From positions 96,001-160,000 of the forward strand of contig OY759726.1 of assembly GCA_963662625.1 (NCBI GenBank): a stretch of DNA of 64,000 bases. Reading direction: 5' to 3'. Positions within the stretch are counted from its first letter, which is position 1. Each line of letters starts with the position of its first letter. Shown here in pieces: positions 21,537-30,164 of the stretch. Both the position numbers and the translations under genes were made by a program. The notes below the pieces were generated by a model. The model made no database searches. It saw only the letters and a program-made list of their open reading frames with translations, and had not been told where the DNA came from. Origin of the DNA: Nitrosopumilus sp. (GTDB taxonomy: Archaea; Thermoproteota; Nitrososphaeria; Nitrososphaerales; Nitrosopumilaceae).

Positions 21537-22676
21537 TCAGTTCCGGGGCCTCTCTTCGAGGGTTATCGTAAAGCTCGTGGTGCGCCCGTCCCTGAGCACC
21601 TCCAGCACCATCTCGTCGCCGACCGACTTTGCCCTCTGGAGGTGGATCAGTATGTCGTCGATCTTCCGCACGTCCATCCCGTCGACGGAGAGTATGATGT
21701 CGCCGCCCGCCCGGAACGACGAGCCGCCGAGCTCCACGGTCCTGTCGGATCCGCGCAGCCCTGCCTTCGACGCCGGGCTGTCCTCCACCACGGTTATCAC
21801 CAGGAAGCCTATGGTATCGCTCAGGTTCAGGGCCCTCGCGATGTCGGGGTCTACGTCCTGCCCGGATATCCCGATCCACGGGTGCGCGTACCTCCCGTCG
21901 CTGATCAGGCTGGGCACGATCTTCACGAGGGTCTGCGACGGGACCGCAAACCCGACGCCCGTAAACTCCCCGGTCAGGGACTGTATGGCCGTGTTGATCC
22001 CGACCACCTCGCCCCTCGCGTTAAGCAGCGGCCCCCCAGAGTTCCCGGGGTTTATGGCCGCGTCGGTCTGTATTATGTCCGGTATCGAGAACCCCGCGTT
22101 GGACGGCAGCAGCCTGCCCAGCTGGCTGACGATCCCCGATGTCATGGAGCCCGACAGCCCGAACGGGTTTCCGATCGCCGCCACGCGCTCCCCCACCTTC
22201 AGGTTGGACGAGTCGCCGAGCTGCAGGGGGCTCAGCATCGGCATGTCCGCGTTAACCCTGATGACGCCGACGTCCGTAAACGCGTCCGTCCCCACGGTCT
22301 CCGCGTCGTAGGAGCGGCCGTCGAGGAACGTGACGGTTATCCTTCCCGCGTTCTCGACCACGTGCGCGTTGGTGATGATGTGGCCCTTCTTGTCAAAGAC
22401 GAACCCCGAGCCCACGTTGCCCGCGGCGTCGGGCATCTCGGCCCTCTGCACGTTGACCCTGACCACCCCGGGCTCGGTCCTCTCGAAGATCTCGACGAGG
22501 GACAGCGGCCCCGTGTATGCCGGGGCGGGCGCCCCCGCCGTGCTCGCGGCGTGCCCGTTGGTGACTACGGCCCCCGGCCCCGGCAGTTCGGGCGCCGAGA
22601 GGATCAGCGCCGCGAATACGACGCTGGCAATCGCCGCCCCCGTGATCCCGCCAACCACCACGCCGGAGCTTCCCAT
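21537..22676 (-). CDS. HtrA-like serine protease with PDZ domain
   Basis: GSGF, TNAHVV, IQTDAAINPGNSGGPL; ATG at 22676. Confidence 0.95.
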   Translation of the reverse strand: MGSSGVVVGGITGAAIASVVFAALILSAPELPGPGAVVTNGHAASTAGAPAPAYTGPLSLVEIFERTEPGVVRVNVQRAEMPDAAGNVGSGFVFDKKGHIITNAHVVENAGRITVTFLDGRSYDAETVGTDAFTDVGVIRVNADMPMLSPLQLGDSSNLKVGERVAAIGNPFGLSGSMTSGIVSQLGRLLPSNAGFSIPDIIQTDAAINPGNSGGPLLNARGEVVGINTAIQSLTGEFTGVGFAVPSQTLVKIVPSLISDGRYAHPWIGISGQDVDPDIARALNLSDTIGFLVITVVEDSPASKAGLRGSDRTVELGGSSFRAGGDIILSVDGMDVRKIDDILIHLQRAKSVGDEMVLEVLRDGRTTSFTITLEERPRN

Positions 22677-22714
22677 GGGGATAGTGTTTCCCGCCCCGGG
22701 TGTAAAAGGTTTTG

Positions 22715-23923
22715 CTATATGCCTATCGAGTCCTGGGCGTGGTCCTTCACGGAGTACCTCCTGCCCCTCCATGACACGGCCCCGTCGGACTTTGCCTGCA
22801 GCAGCCCGCTCAGGAACCCCAGGACGACCACCAGTCCCCCCAGCGGCGCGAACGCCACGTGGGCCAGCCCCAGGGACAGCCCCTTCCTGGCCTCCACCGC
22901 CCCCCCTGCGTAGACGAGCGCCGACGCTGCAAGCGAGGCCCAGAGCAGGCTCTGGCCGGCGGCGCCTTCCTGCGGGAACGCCAGGGAGAGGGCCGCGAAC
23001 GGGAACGGCATGAACAGCAAGAACAGCACCGCGGCGAACACCCCCGCCGCGGTCCGCCCGCTCTGCAGGTAGAGCGGCACCATCAGGCGCTTCAGGCCGT
23101 TCCACAGCGTGGACCTGTCGCGCGCCCAGACGGCCTCCACCAGGTGCTCCCCCCTGACCATCCGGATCTTGTGCCCGGCCGCCTTGACCTTCCTGCCGAG
23201 CGCCCCGTCCTCGATGATCTCGCCCCTGACTCCCTCGTGCATCCCGACCCCCCGGTAGACGCCCTCCTTGATTATGAAGAAGCTGCCAAAGAAGTACCCC
23301 GTCTTTTTTGCGGGATCGTTCACCTTTACGGCCGAGAACCACGTGTGCAGGAACGTGGAGATCATCGGCATCGTTATCCTCGTCCACCAGTCGAGCAGGG
23401 CCATCCGGGGGATGACGGACAGGGCGTCTGACCCGGAGGACACCATGTGCGATACCGCCAGCGAGACCACCCCGGGCGAGTGCACGGTGTCCGCGTCGGT
23501 GAACAGCAGCAGGTCCCCCGTCGCCTTCCTGACCCCCTCCATGCATGCCCAGTTCTTGCCCATCCACCCGTCCGGTTTGGGGCCCGCGTCGACCCGGATG
23601 ATCCGCGGGTGCCTTGCGGCAAACTCCCCGATGATCTCCCCCGTCCGGTCGCCGGACGAATCGTTGATTGCTATCACCTCGCATTCCGCGTAGTCCTGTG
23701 CGGCCAGCGAGGCCAGGCACCTCCCGATGAACCCCTCCTCGTTCCTGGCCGGCACTATGACGGACACCCTGGGGTTCCCGTGCGCTCCCCCCTCAAACCT
23801 GTCCAGGTACGGCGTCTGCGTGAAGGAGACCGCCATGGACCTTATCAGGAATGCCCAGGCGCACGCCACGCCGGCCATGATGGCCGCCAGGGCGTAGTTC
23901 AGCGCATCGAAGAGCGGGTCCAC
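22715..23923 (-). CDS. glycosyltransferase family 2
   Basis: VIVPARNEE, GWMGK, FTDAD and IIEDG motifs; TM segments. Confidence 0.92.
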   Translation of the reverse strand: MDPLFDALNYALAAIMAGVACAWAFLIRSMAVSFTQTPYLDRFEGGAHGNPRVSVIVPARNEEGFIGRCLASLAAQDYAECEVIAINDSSGDRTGEIIGEFAARHPRIIRVDAGPKPDGWMGKNWACMEGVRKATGDLLLFTDADTVHSPGVVSLAVSHMVSSGSDALSVIPRMALLDWWTRITMPMISTFLHTWFSAVKVNDPAKKTGYFFGSFFIIKEGVYRGVGMHEGVRGEIIEDGALGRKVKAAGHKIRMVRGEHLVEAVWARDRSTLWNGLKRLMVPLYLQSGRTAAGVFAAVLFLLFMPFPFAALSLAFPQEGAAGQSLLWASLAASALVYAGGAVEARKGLSLGLAHVAFAPLGGLVVVLGFLSGLLQAKSDGAVSWRGRRYSVKDHAQDSIGI

Positions 23924-24467
23924 GGATCATCCCTCGGAATCAATATGCTTTTAGTGCCATTAAATGTCAAACCTGCCACACCCCAAACAGATCTCCCCCA
24001 CAACCCACAACACCACGCCTTGCCGCCCAGAGCGGACTGCCGGCCACCGGTCCCCCCCATGTCCGTTACCCCATCCACGTTCCAGCTCCGCGCGTCGGCT
24101 TAAAAGCATGCCCTGCCGCCCCCCCCCCGGCACCCTGATTTGACGGCCAACACCCTAACTTAACGGCATGGGTGGATCCCCCCAAAACCGCCTAAGATTT
24201 ACCAGAGTACCTGCCGGGGTTCTGGCAAGTTACAGGGGCATGAAATCCCCTGGAAAGTGGGGGGACGTGAGTGACTTTGTCGCGGATCATACTGGCCATT
24301 TTAAGGCAAATGGCTCTGTTCAATCAGGGTGATGCGTCCTCCCCGCCGTTCTAAAGTGTGCCTTGTGGATCATCTCCCGGCCCGGCCACGGCCCGCGGAT
24401 CGTGCCGGGTTGTGCAACAGGCCACGGGGCGGGGATCGTTTTTATCTGATCGGTGCCGACTTGTTGC

Positions 24468-25121
24468 ATGGACCGCCTTTACGCAGCGCTGCTGGCGGTG
24501 CTGGCCGGGTGCGCCTTTTCGGCGGCGGCGTTCGCGGAGGACGGCCGGCAGGTGCCAGAGTGGGTGAGGGACGCCGCCGTGTGGTGGGGGCTGGGCCTGG
24601 TGGACGACTCGGAGTTCTTCGGCCTGGTGGGGTTCCTGGTGGAGGAGGGCCTGATCGCGGCTGGGCCCGGGGCGCCGGAGATCCGGGACGCGTATGACCG
24701 GGGGTACGCCGACGGGCTTGCGGCCGGGGAGGACGCGCTATGGGAGTACGTGGACGGCTCGCTGGGGCGGCTGTCCTTCGTCGAGGGCGCGTCGCTGTCC
24801 GTGGTCACCGAGGGTTCCGCCTTTGGGAAGGGCGAGCGGGTGGCGGTGAGGATAGTGAACACCGGGACGGCGCCGCTGACGTTCGGGTCCGCCTCCTACG
24901 GGCTCGTGATCACCGGGCCGTCGGGCGGGGTGGTGTACGAGCCGGTCGCGGCGGCGGTGATGAGCCACCTGGGGCCGGGCGAGGAGGCGCGGGGCTCCTG
25001 GGACCAGATCCACAGCGACGGGCGGCCCGTGGGGAAGGGGCTGTACAAGATCCACGCCGGGGGGCACGACCAGAACTTTAACGCCGTCGGCGGGTCGGCC
25101 ACCGTGGCGGTACTGGGATAG
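24468..25121 (+). CDS. secreted protein (copy 2)
   Basis: Translation identical to 4192-4845. Confidence 0.7.
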   Translation: MDRLYAALLAVLAGCAFSAAAFAEDGRQVPEWVRDAAVWWGLGLVDDSEFFGLVGFLVEEGLIAAGPGAPEIRDAYDRGYADGLAAGEDALWEYVDGSLGRLSFVEGASLSVVTEGSAFGKGERVAVRIVNTGTAPLTFGSASYGLVITGPSGGVVYEPVAAAVMSHLGPGEEARGSWDQIHSDGRPVGKGLYKIHAGGHDQNFNAVGGSATVAVLG

Positions 25122-25252
25122 GGCAGCCTGCCGCGGCCCGCGCGCGGGGCGCGTTGCGCGCCGTCCGGCACCGCGTTGCCGCCCGGGGGCGGGGTGGCTT
25201 CGAATGCTAATATACGCGTCCCCCGTACTGCCCCCATGGTGCCGCCCGGGGG

Positions 25253-25711
25253 ATGAAGACCGTCTACCTCGCAAACCCGTACGGGTTCTCAGGGCAGCAG
25301 CGGGACGGCCCCCTGCGGGACCTGGTGCGGGTCCTGGAGGAGATGGGCGCCGAGGTGTGGGAGCCTTTCGCCCGCAACAACCAGGGAGGCACGCTGGGGC
25401 CCGGCGCCGCATACCGCATAGGCCAGAAGGACATGCGCGACGTGCGGGATTCTGACGGGATCCCCGCGGTGGTCAACGGCGTGCCCCCTGACGAGGGGGT
25501 CATGGTGGAACTGGGCATGGCGGTTGCCTGGGGGCGGGAGGTGTTCCTCTTCAGGGACGATTTCAGGAGGTGCACTGACAGCGGCGAGTACCCCCTCAAC
25601 CTGATGCTGTTTGCGGGGCTCCCGGAAAAGGGGTGGCGCGACAGGTACTATACCGGAATAGACGATCTCCGCGATCCGGACGGGGCCCTGGCCAGGTGGC
25701 TCGCAGGCTGA
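25253..25711 (+). CDS. nucleoside 2-deoxyribosyltransferase family protein (copy 2, L->P)
   Basis: Identical to 4977-5435 except GILAV->GIPAV. Confidence 0.8.
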   Translation: MKTVYLANPYGFSGQQRDGPLRDLVRVLEEMGAEVWEPFARNNQGGTLGPGAAYRIGQKDMRDVRDSDGIPAVVNGVPPDEGVMVELGMAVAWGREVFLFRDDFRRCTDSGEYPLNLMLFAGLPEKGWRDRYYTGIDDLRDPDGALARWLAG

Positions 25712-25751
25712 CAGGGCGGGGCCGCTTGGGAGATCCCCTCCCCCTGCCGGC

Positions 25752-25968
25752 AGATGGTTCTGGCATGTCCCAAATGTACAAAGTGTGTCTTGAAGCAAAA
25801 AGCAAGATAGATTCTGGAAAAGTCACGGCAAGGGCTGTGGATGTTGGAGGTGTTGCCAGACATAGTAAAAAACACGAGTGTGAACATGCTATTGTGATAG
25901 CACCTGCGTTCCCAACCTCTGATGGGAAGAGCTCGGCTCTGGCGCAAGAGATCAATAATGCCAAAAAA
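25752..25968 (+). pseudogene. AT-rich fragment of a PD-(D/E)xK restriction-endonuclease-like domain
   Basis: DG...VCLEAKS...VARH...CEHAIVIAPAFP; abrupt GC drop right after the duplicated block; no proper start. Confidence 0.5.
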
Positions 25969-26273
25969 CCAGCCCCCGCAAAAGCCGGGCGCGGATCATC
26001 CCCCCGGCAAAAAAAAAATTCAACCCGCAAAAAACCGCACCCCGAAAAAATTGGATCAGGCCCGGGCCCGCGCGGCGCGTTCCAATCTTGAAGATTCGAA
26101 TTTCGAGGCGCGCCAACCCTGAAAATTAAATTTTTCCAGGGGATCGCCGGACGCCGGCCGTCTCCGGCAGGGCGGGGAAGCGCCGCGAGAGCGCCCCCCG
26201 GAACTCCCCGGGAACGGTCCCGGCGGAGGGCCTGAAAAAGCAGCCCGCCGGGATTCTTGCAAAGTCACTCCCG

Positions 26274-26445
26274 GGGAACGGTCCCGGCGGGACGGACGGG
26301 AAAACAACTCAAGGGAACGGTCCCGGCGGGACGGACGGGAAAACAACTCAAGGGAACGGTCCCGCCGGGACGGACGGGAAAACAACTCAAGGGAACGGTC
26401 CCCGGGAACGGTCCCGGCGGGACGGACGGGAAAACAACTCAAGGG
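26274..26445. repeat. 39-bp tandem repeat, ~4 copies
   Basis: gggaacggtcccggcgggacggacgggaaaacaactcaa at 26274, 26313, 26352 and ~26404. Confidence 0.92.
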
Positions 26446-26691
26446 CGCGCGGCGGCGTGATCCAACTCGGAAGAATTGAATTTCATGGGGCCAGGTTCTT
26501 TGTGGGGCCGGGATCCAATTTTTGGGCCGGGAGGGGAGCGCGCCGGGGAGCGGAAAAGTGTGCCATTTTCCTAATATAAAACCCTGCAAAAATTTTTGGG
26601 GGGCCGTTGGAATTTTAGGTGCATAAAATCAAGACCCGGGAAAAAAAATCAACCAGGGTCAAATAAAACGGGTAGGTGCATAATTTGCGGA

Positions 26692-27048
26692 CTATGACGA
26701 TTTCCTGAAATCAATGGAGCATGATTTCCCGGTGTATGAGAACTCGGCGCCGTCGCCCTTCCTCAGGTCCATCATGGCGGCGAGCGCCTTCGGGATGGTG
26801 AGCCTGAGGGTGGTGTAGACCTCCCCCCTGTACCTCCTGGTCACGCTCTCGTCGAGCTTCACCTGGAAGTCGTCCACGTGCGTCCTTTCCCGGGACATCC
26901 TGACCGCGAAGCCCCCAGCCAGGGCGAGGAAGACCGCGTCGCCGGCGGCAAGGCGCATCTCCCCCCTGACGTAGCTCGGCACGTTCACGTACGTCCTGTA
27001 ATAGTCCCTCCCCTTCTGGCGGAACATCCTCATCACCTGGACCTTCAC
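26692..27048 (-). CDS. double AbrB/SpoVT-like DNA-binding protein
   Basis: VNVPSYVRGEMRLAAGD and LTIPKALAAMMDLRKGD; TTATAT box ~22 nt upstream of GTG. Confidence 0.7.
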   Translation of the reverse strand: MKVQVMRMFRQKGRDYYRTYVNVPSYVRGEMRLAAGDAVFLALAGGFAVRMSRERTHVDDFQVKLDESVTRRYRGEVYTTLRLTIPKALAAMMDLRKGDGAEFSYTGKSCSIDFRKSS

Positions 27049-27124
27049 GCAGTCGGGCAGCGCGTGTGGATATAAGGCCCGCCAGTCGCTGGACCACGTG
27101 CCAAATTGGCACGTGGTCAGGCCG

Positions 27125-27470
27125 GCGCGGATCCTCCCGCTAGTAGCCTGGGACGGACCGTCCCCGGTTCCGTCATGGGGCGCGGATCCTCCCGCTAGTA
27201 GCCTGGGACGGACCGTCCCCGGTTCCGTCATGGGGCGCGGATCCTCCCGCTAGTAGCCTGGGACGGACCGTCCCCGGTTCCGTCATGGGGCGCGGATCCT
27301 CCCGCTAGTAGCCTGGGACGGACCGTCCCCGGTTCCGTCATGGGGCGCGGATCCTCCCGCTAGTAGCCTGGGACGGACCGTCCCCGGTTCCGTCATGGGG
27401 CGCGGATCCTCCCGCTAGTAGCCTGGGACGGACCGTCCCCGGTTCCGTCATGGGGCGCGGATCCTCCCGC
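27125..27470. repeat. 55-bp perfect tandem repeat, 6 copies plus a partial
   Basis: gcgcggatcctcccgctagtagcctgggacggaccgtccccggttccgtcatggg with period 55 and no spacers. Confidence 0.95.
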
Positions 27471-27714
27471 CAGTCGCGTTGGGCACCCAACGATGGCGGC
27501 CATCTGGGCCGGAGGAGGGGGGGTTTCTTGGCCCTCCCGCTCAACTCGGGGGAATTGGGACGGCCGGGGATCCCCCCGACCACGTCCTAGAATGCCGGGG
27601 GAGCCAGGCAGGCCGCCCTCCCTGCCGCGCACTGCGGGCGGAGATGGGACGCCCCAGCTGGCCGGCCGTCGACGATGCTGGTTCTGGCCGGAGATGGCGG
27701 GTTGGTTTCTTATT

Positions 27715-27867
27715 TCCCCTACCGGAAGTGGGGACACGAGTCCCCCTCTCCCAGTTTCGGCAAGGCCCCTTGGGACCAAGCCAACCCGGCCTAAAGGCCG
27801 AGCCCCAGGAGGATGCCAGGATCCGTGACCGGATCCCGCGGCATCGTCGCCTGGGTCATCAGGGGGA
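27715..27867 (-). ncRNA. hammerhead-like ribozyme with expanded core (GUA site)
   Basis: UCCCC-CUGAUGA-[2 hairpins]-stem II GGC..GCC-GAAAC-stem III-GUA-GGGGA. Confidence 0.6.
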
Positions 27868-27978
27868 TTCCCTGGAATTTGCCCGCATTGGGGCGGTCGG
27901 CGCGTCAGGCGCTCGGTTCGATTCCGTCCGCCGGCGCTGGCCGGGCTGGACAGTGGAGGGACCTTGGGCCCCCGCCAT

Positions 27979-28425
27979 TCAGTTTCCGGAGGGGGACACA
28001 GTCCCTTCCCCGGTCCGGCCGCCGAACAGCCACAGTTCTAGGAGGCTCATGAACTTGCCGTGCCTCATGTTGGCCACCATCGGGCGGTCGAACCTGACGC
28101 CGACGTACTCGACGCCATCCTCGATCCTGTCCCCGATGGCCAGCGTCGGATCCACGACCTTGCCGCCCTCCACGAGGAAGGCGTGCTGGACCCGGATCCC
28201 GAGCGACGGGAGGCGGACGAAGCCCTCGTAATAGGATCGGCCCGCGGAGTGCATGGCGGCGTTACGGTAGCACTCCCTGATCCTGCACCCCCGCGAGGAG
28301 ATGGCGGACGACTTCTCCCTGTCCACGGCCGTGAAGCGCCGGGCATGAGAGGAGAACTTCTCCGCCTCCACGCCTCCGAACGGGATGGAAGTCAGCCCCG
28401 CCGCCCCATTCCCTTCCATTTTCAT
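27979..28425 (-). CDS. hypothetical protein with Cys-His-Asp (papain/transglutaminase-like) signature
   Basis: ECYRNA...QHAFL...VVDPT. Confidence 0.6.
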   Translation of the reverse strand: MKMEGNGAAGLTSIPFGGVEAEKFSSHARRFTAVDREKSSAISSRGCRIRECYRNAAMHSAGRSYYEGFVRLPSLGIRVQHAFLVEGGKVVDPTLAIGDRIEDGVEYVGVRFDRPMVANMRHGKFMSLLELWLFGGRTGEGTVSPSGN

Positions 28426-28535
28426 CCGACCACCTTGTAGTATGACATTTTCCGGCACCTGGGGCACCGGGTGGGCGACGGGCCGTCGCGCTGCCTGCCC
28501 AGGTACTCGCACGAGAGGCACACGTTCCGGTGCAT
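28422..28535 (-). CDS. 37-aa Zn-ribbon peptide
   Basis: Read manually: MHRNVCLSCEY...RCPRCRK; abuts or overlaps both neighbours. Confidence 0.55.
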   Translation of the reverse strand: MHRNVCLSCEYLGRQRDGPSPTRCPRCRKMSYYKVVG

Positions 28536-29018
28536 CTAGTCCTCCGCCTCCAGGTACTGCGTGGAGGGGCCGTAGAAGTCTATGACCGCGTCATCACGCA
28601 GTTCCAGCGCCTCGACATGCCCGCATTTGCAGACCCACGTGTCATGGACCGCGCCGCCGTCGCGGCGGTACAGCTCCGTGGTGGGCTGGTTCGCCCTGCA
28701 CGCGCGGCAGTTCTTGCCCCGCACCAGGGTGATCGTCTCGCTGTCCCTGTCGTCGCTGTCGGCTCGCCCCGGCGCGCCCCCCGCCACCGCGGGGATCCCG
28801 CACACCTGCCCGGACCCGTCCAGGACTATCTCCGCCGTGGCCGGCACCCGCGCCCGAAGGCACGCGGCGTACGACCTGGCGCCGTGCCGCACGATGACGG
28901 CCGCGACGTTGCCGGGCCTGAAGCCCTCCGGGAGGAGGCTCGCCGCCTCCACCGTCTTACCTGCCATGGGGATCTCGCCCCACTCTAGTTCTCCCCTGTA
29001 CTTTGCTACCTGTTCCAA
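28536..29018 (-). CDS. constant-N-terminus family copy 1, Zn-ribbon C-terminus
   Basis: GGAGGTGG SD + TTG; EQVAKYRG...GIPAVAGG, then CRAC...CKCG. Confidence 0.7.
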   Translation of the reverse strand: MEQVAKYRGELEWGEIPMAGKTVEAASLLPEGFRPGNVAAVIVRHGARSYAACLRARVPATAEIVLDGSGQVCGIPAVAGGAPGRADSDDRDSETITLVRGKNCRACRANQPTTELYRRDGGAVHDTWVCKCGHVEALELRDDAVIDFYGPSTQYLEAED

Positions 29019-29158
29019 GGAACCACCTCCAGTGATCCGTTGTCCTGCCGTGACGGCAGTGGCTGCCGCGGTTCCGCGGCGGGGGCCTGGCGGCCCCCGG
29101 TCTCGTCCCCTTCCGGCCGCGCTTGGCGGCCAGTCCCGGCAAGTGCCGGCCGGCGCAT

Positions 29159-29791
29159 CTACGTTTCGGGGCCTTGGCCCCTTCCGGCCGCGGGCCCGCC
29201 AGTGGGCGGGCCGCCCGCAGCCACGCCTGGGGGGCTTTCCCCAGACCTGAGGAACTCGATTAGTTCCAGGTGGTTTTTTCGCATGGAGGACTCGAGCGAG
29301 TTGAGGAGACTGGCAGTCTCCTTCCTCGAAGCCTCGAGCGAGTTGAGGAGACTGGCAGTCTCCTTCCTCGAAGCCTCGAGCGAGTTGAGGAGACTGGCAG
29401 TCTCCTTCCTCGAAGACTCGAGCGAGTTGAGGAGACTGGCAGTCTCCTTCCTCGAAGCCTCGAGCGAGTTGACGATGCGCTCATTAGACTCCTCAATTGA
29501 AGCCCCTAGCGCGTTGATGGCCCGCGTATTCGCCACGGCTTCCGCCATCAACTCCTCGTTCCCCCTGATGACCTTCCCGAAGTTATCATTGATGTCCTTG
29601 GTGATCTGCTTCGTGGTGAACTTCATCACTAGACCTACCACCCCCATCAATATAAAACTCGACGAGACACCGAGCAGCGGCGGGTGGAACGTGTGGAGGC
29701 CCATGATGACACACCCCGCCACGATCATGGGCGTGTGGAACCTGGAGTCCCTGAACACGGCAAGGAAGGAGCTGAGTTCCTTCCTATCCAT
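29159..29791 (-). CDS. membrane-anchored coiled-coil protein with four 14-aa repeats
   Basis: LE(A/S)SRKETASLLNS x4 (42-bp DNA repeat at ~29290-29470). Confidence 0.6.
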   Translation of the reverse strand: MDRKELSSFLAVFRDSRFHTPMIVAGCVIMGLHTFHPPLLGVSSSFILMGVVGLVMKFTTKQITKDINDNFGKVIRGNEELMAEAVANTRAINALGASIEESNERIVNSLEASRKETASLLNSLESSRKETASLLNSLEASRKETASLLNSLEASRKETASLLNSLESSMRKNHLELIEFLRSGESPPGVAAGGPPTGGPAAGRGQGPET

Positions 29792-30164
29792 GCCGGCTCA
29801 CATTCCCACCGCGCATGGCCGACGACACGTACCCGCGCAGCGACGCCGGGCAGCACCTCAGCACCGGCCCGGGAGCCACCCCGCTGGCCAGGAACGCCTC
29901 CCGGAGGAGTTCCGGGTTCCGGCACCTCCCGAGCCCGGCGATCGCCAAGGCGATGGTCCTCTCCCGCACCGCCTGCCTCCCGGCAGGGATGCCAGACGGC
30001 GGGAACCCCCGGATCACCTCCATGGTGCGGTTCGCGACCAGCGAGAGTGCCATCCTGCCGTCGTGCCCGGATTCCCGGAACAGGCGCCTCAGGCACCTGC
30101 CCGTGACACCGTGGCCCACGAGCTCGTCGAACACCCTGGCCAGCAGTTCCGGCGGCAGGGTCAT
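29784..30164 (-). CDS. hypothetical protein
   Basis: ATGA overlap with the stop of the upstream ATPase gene. Confidence 0.5.
   Translation of the reverse strand: MTLPPELLARVFDELVGHGVTGRCLRRLFRESGHDGRMALSLVANRTMEVIRGFPPSGIPAGRQAVRERTIALAIAGLGRCRNPELLREAFLASGVAPGPVLRCCPASLRGYVSSAMRGGNVSRHG

Larger units (their letters stand above)
24378..25751 (+). repeat. 1374-bp direct repeat, copy 2
   Basis: Matches 4102-5475. Confidence 0.95.

Noticed and set aside
27125-27470. 55-bp array (and the 39-bp array at 26274) as CRISPR
   Set aside because: Units are contiguous and essentially identical, with no unique spacers and no cas genes
29140-29200. Hairpin followed by GAAAC (also ~39350-39410) as a further hammerhead
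   Set aside because: No CUGANGA upstream and no NUH triplet with a proper stem III
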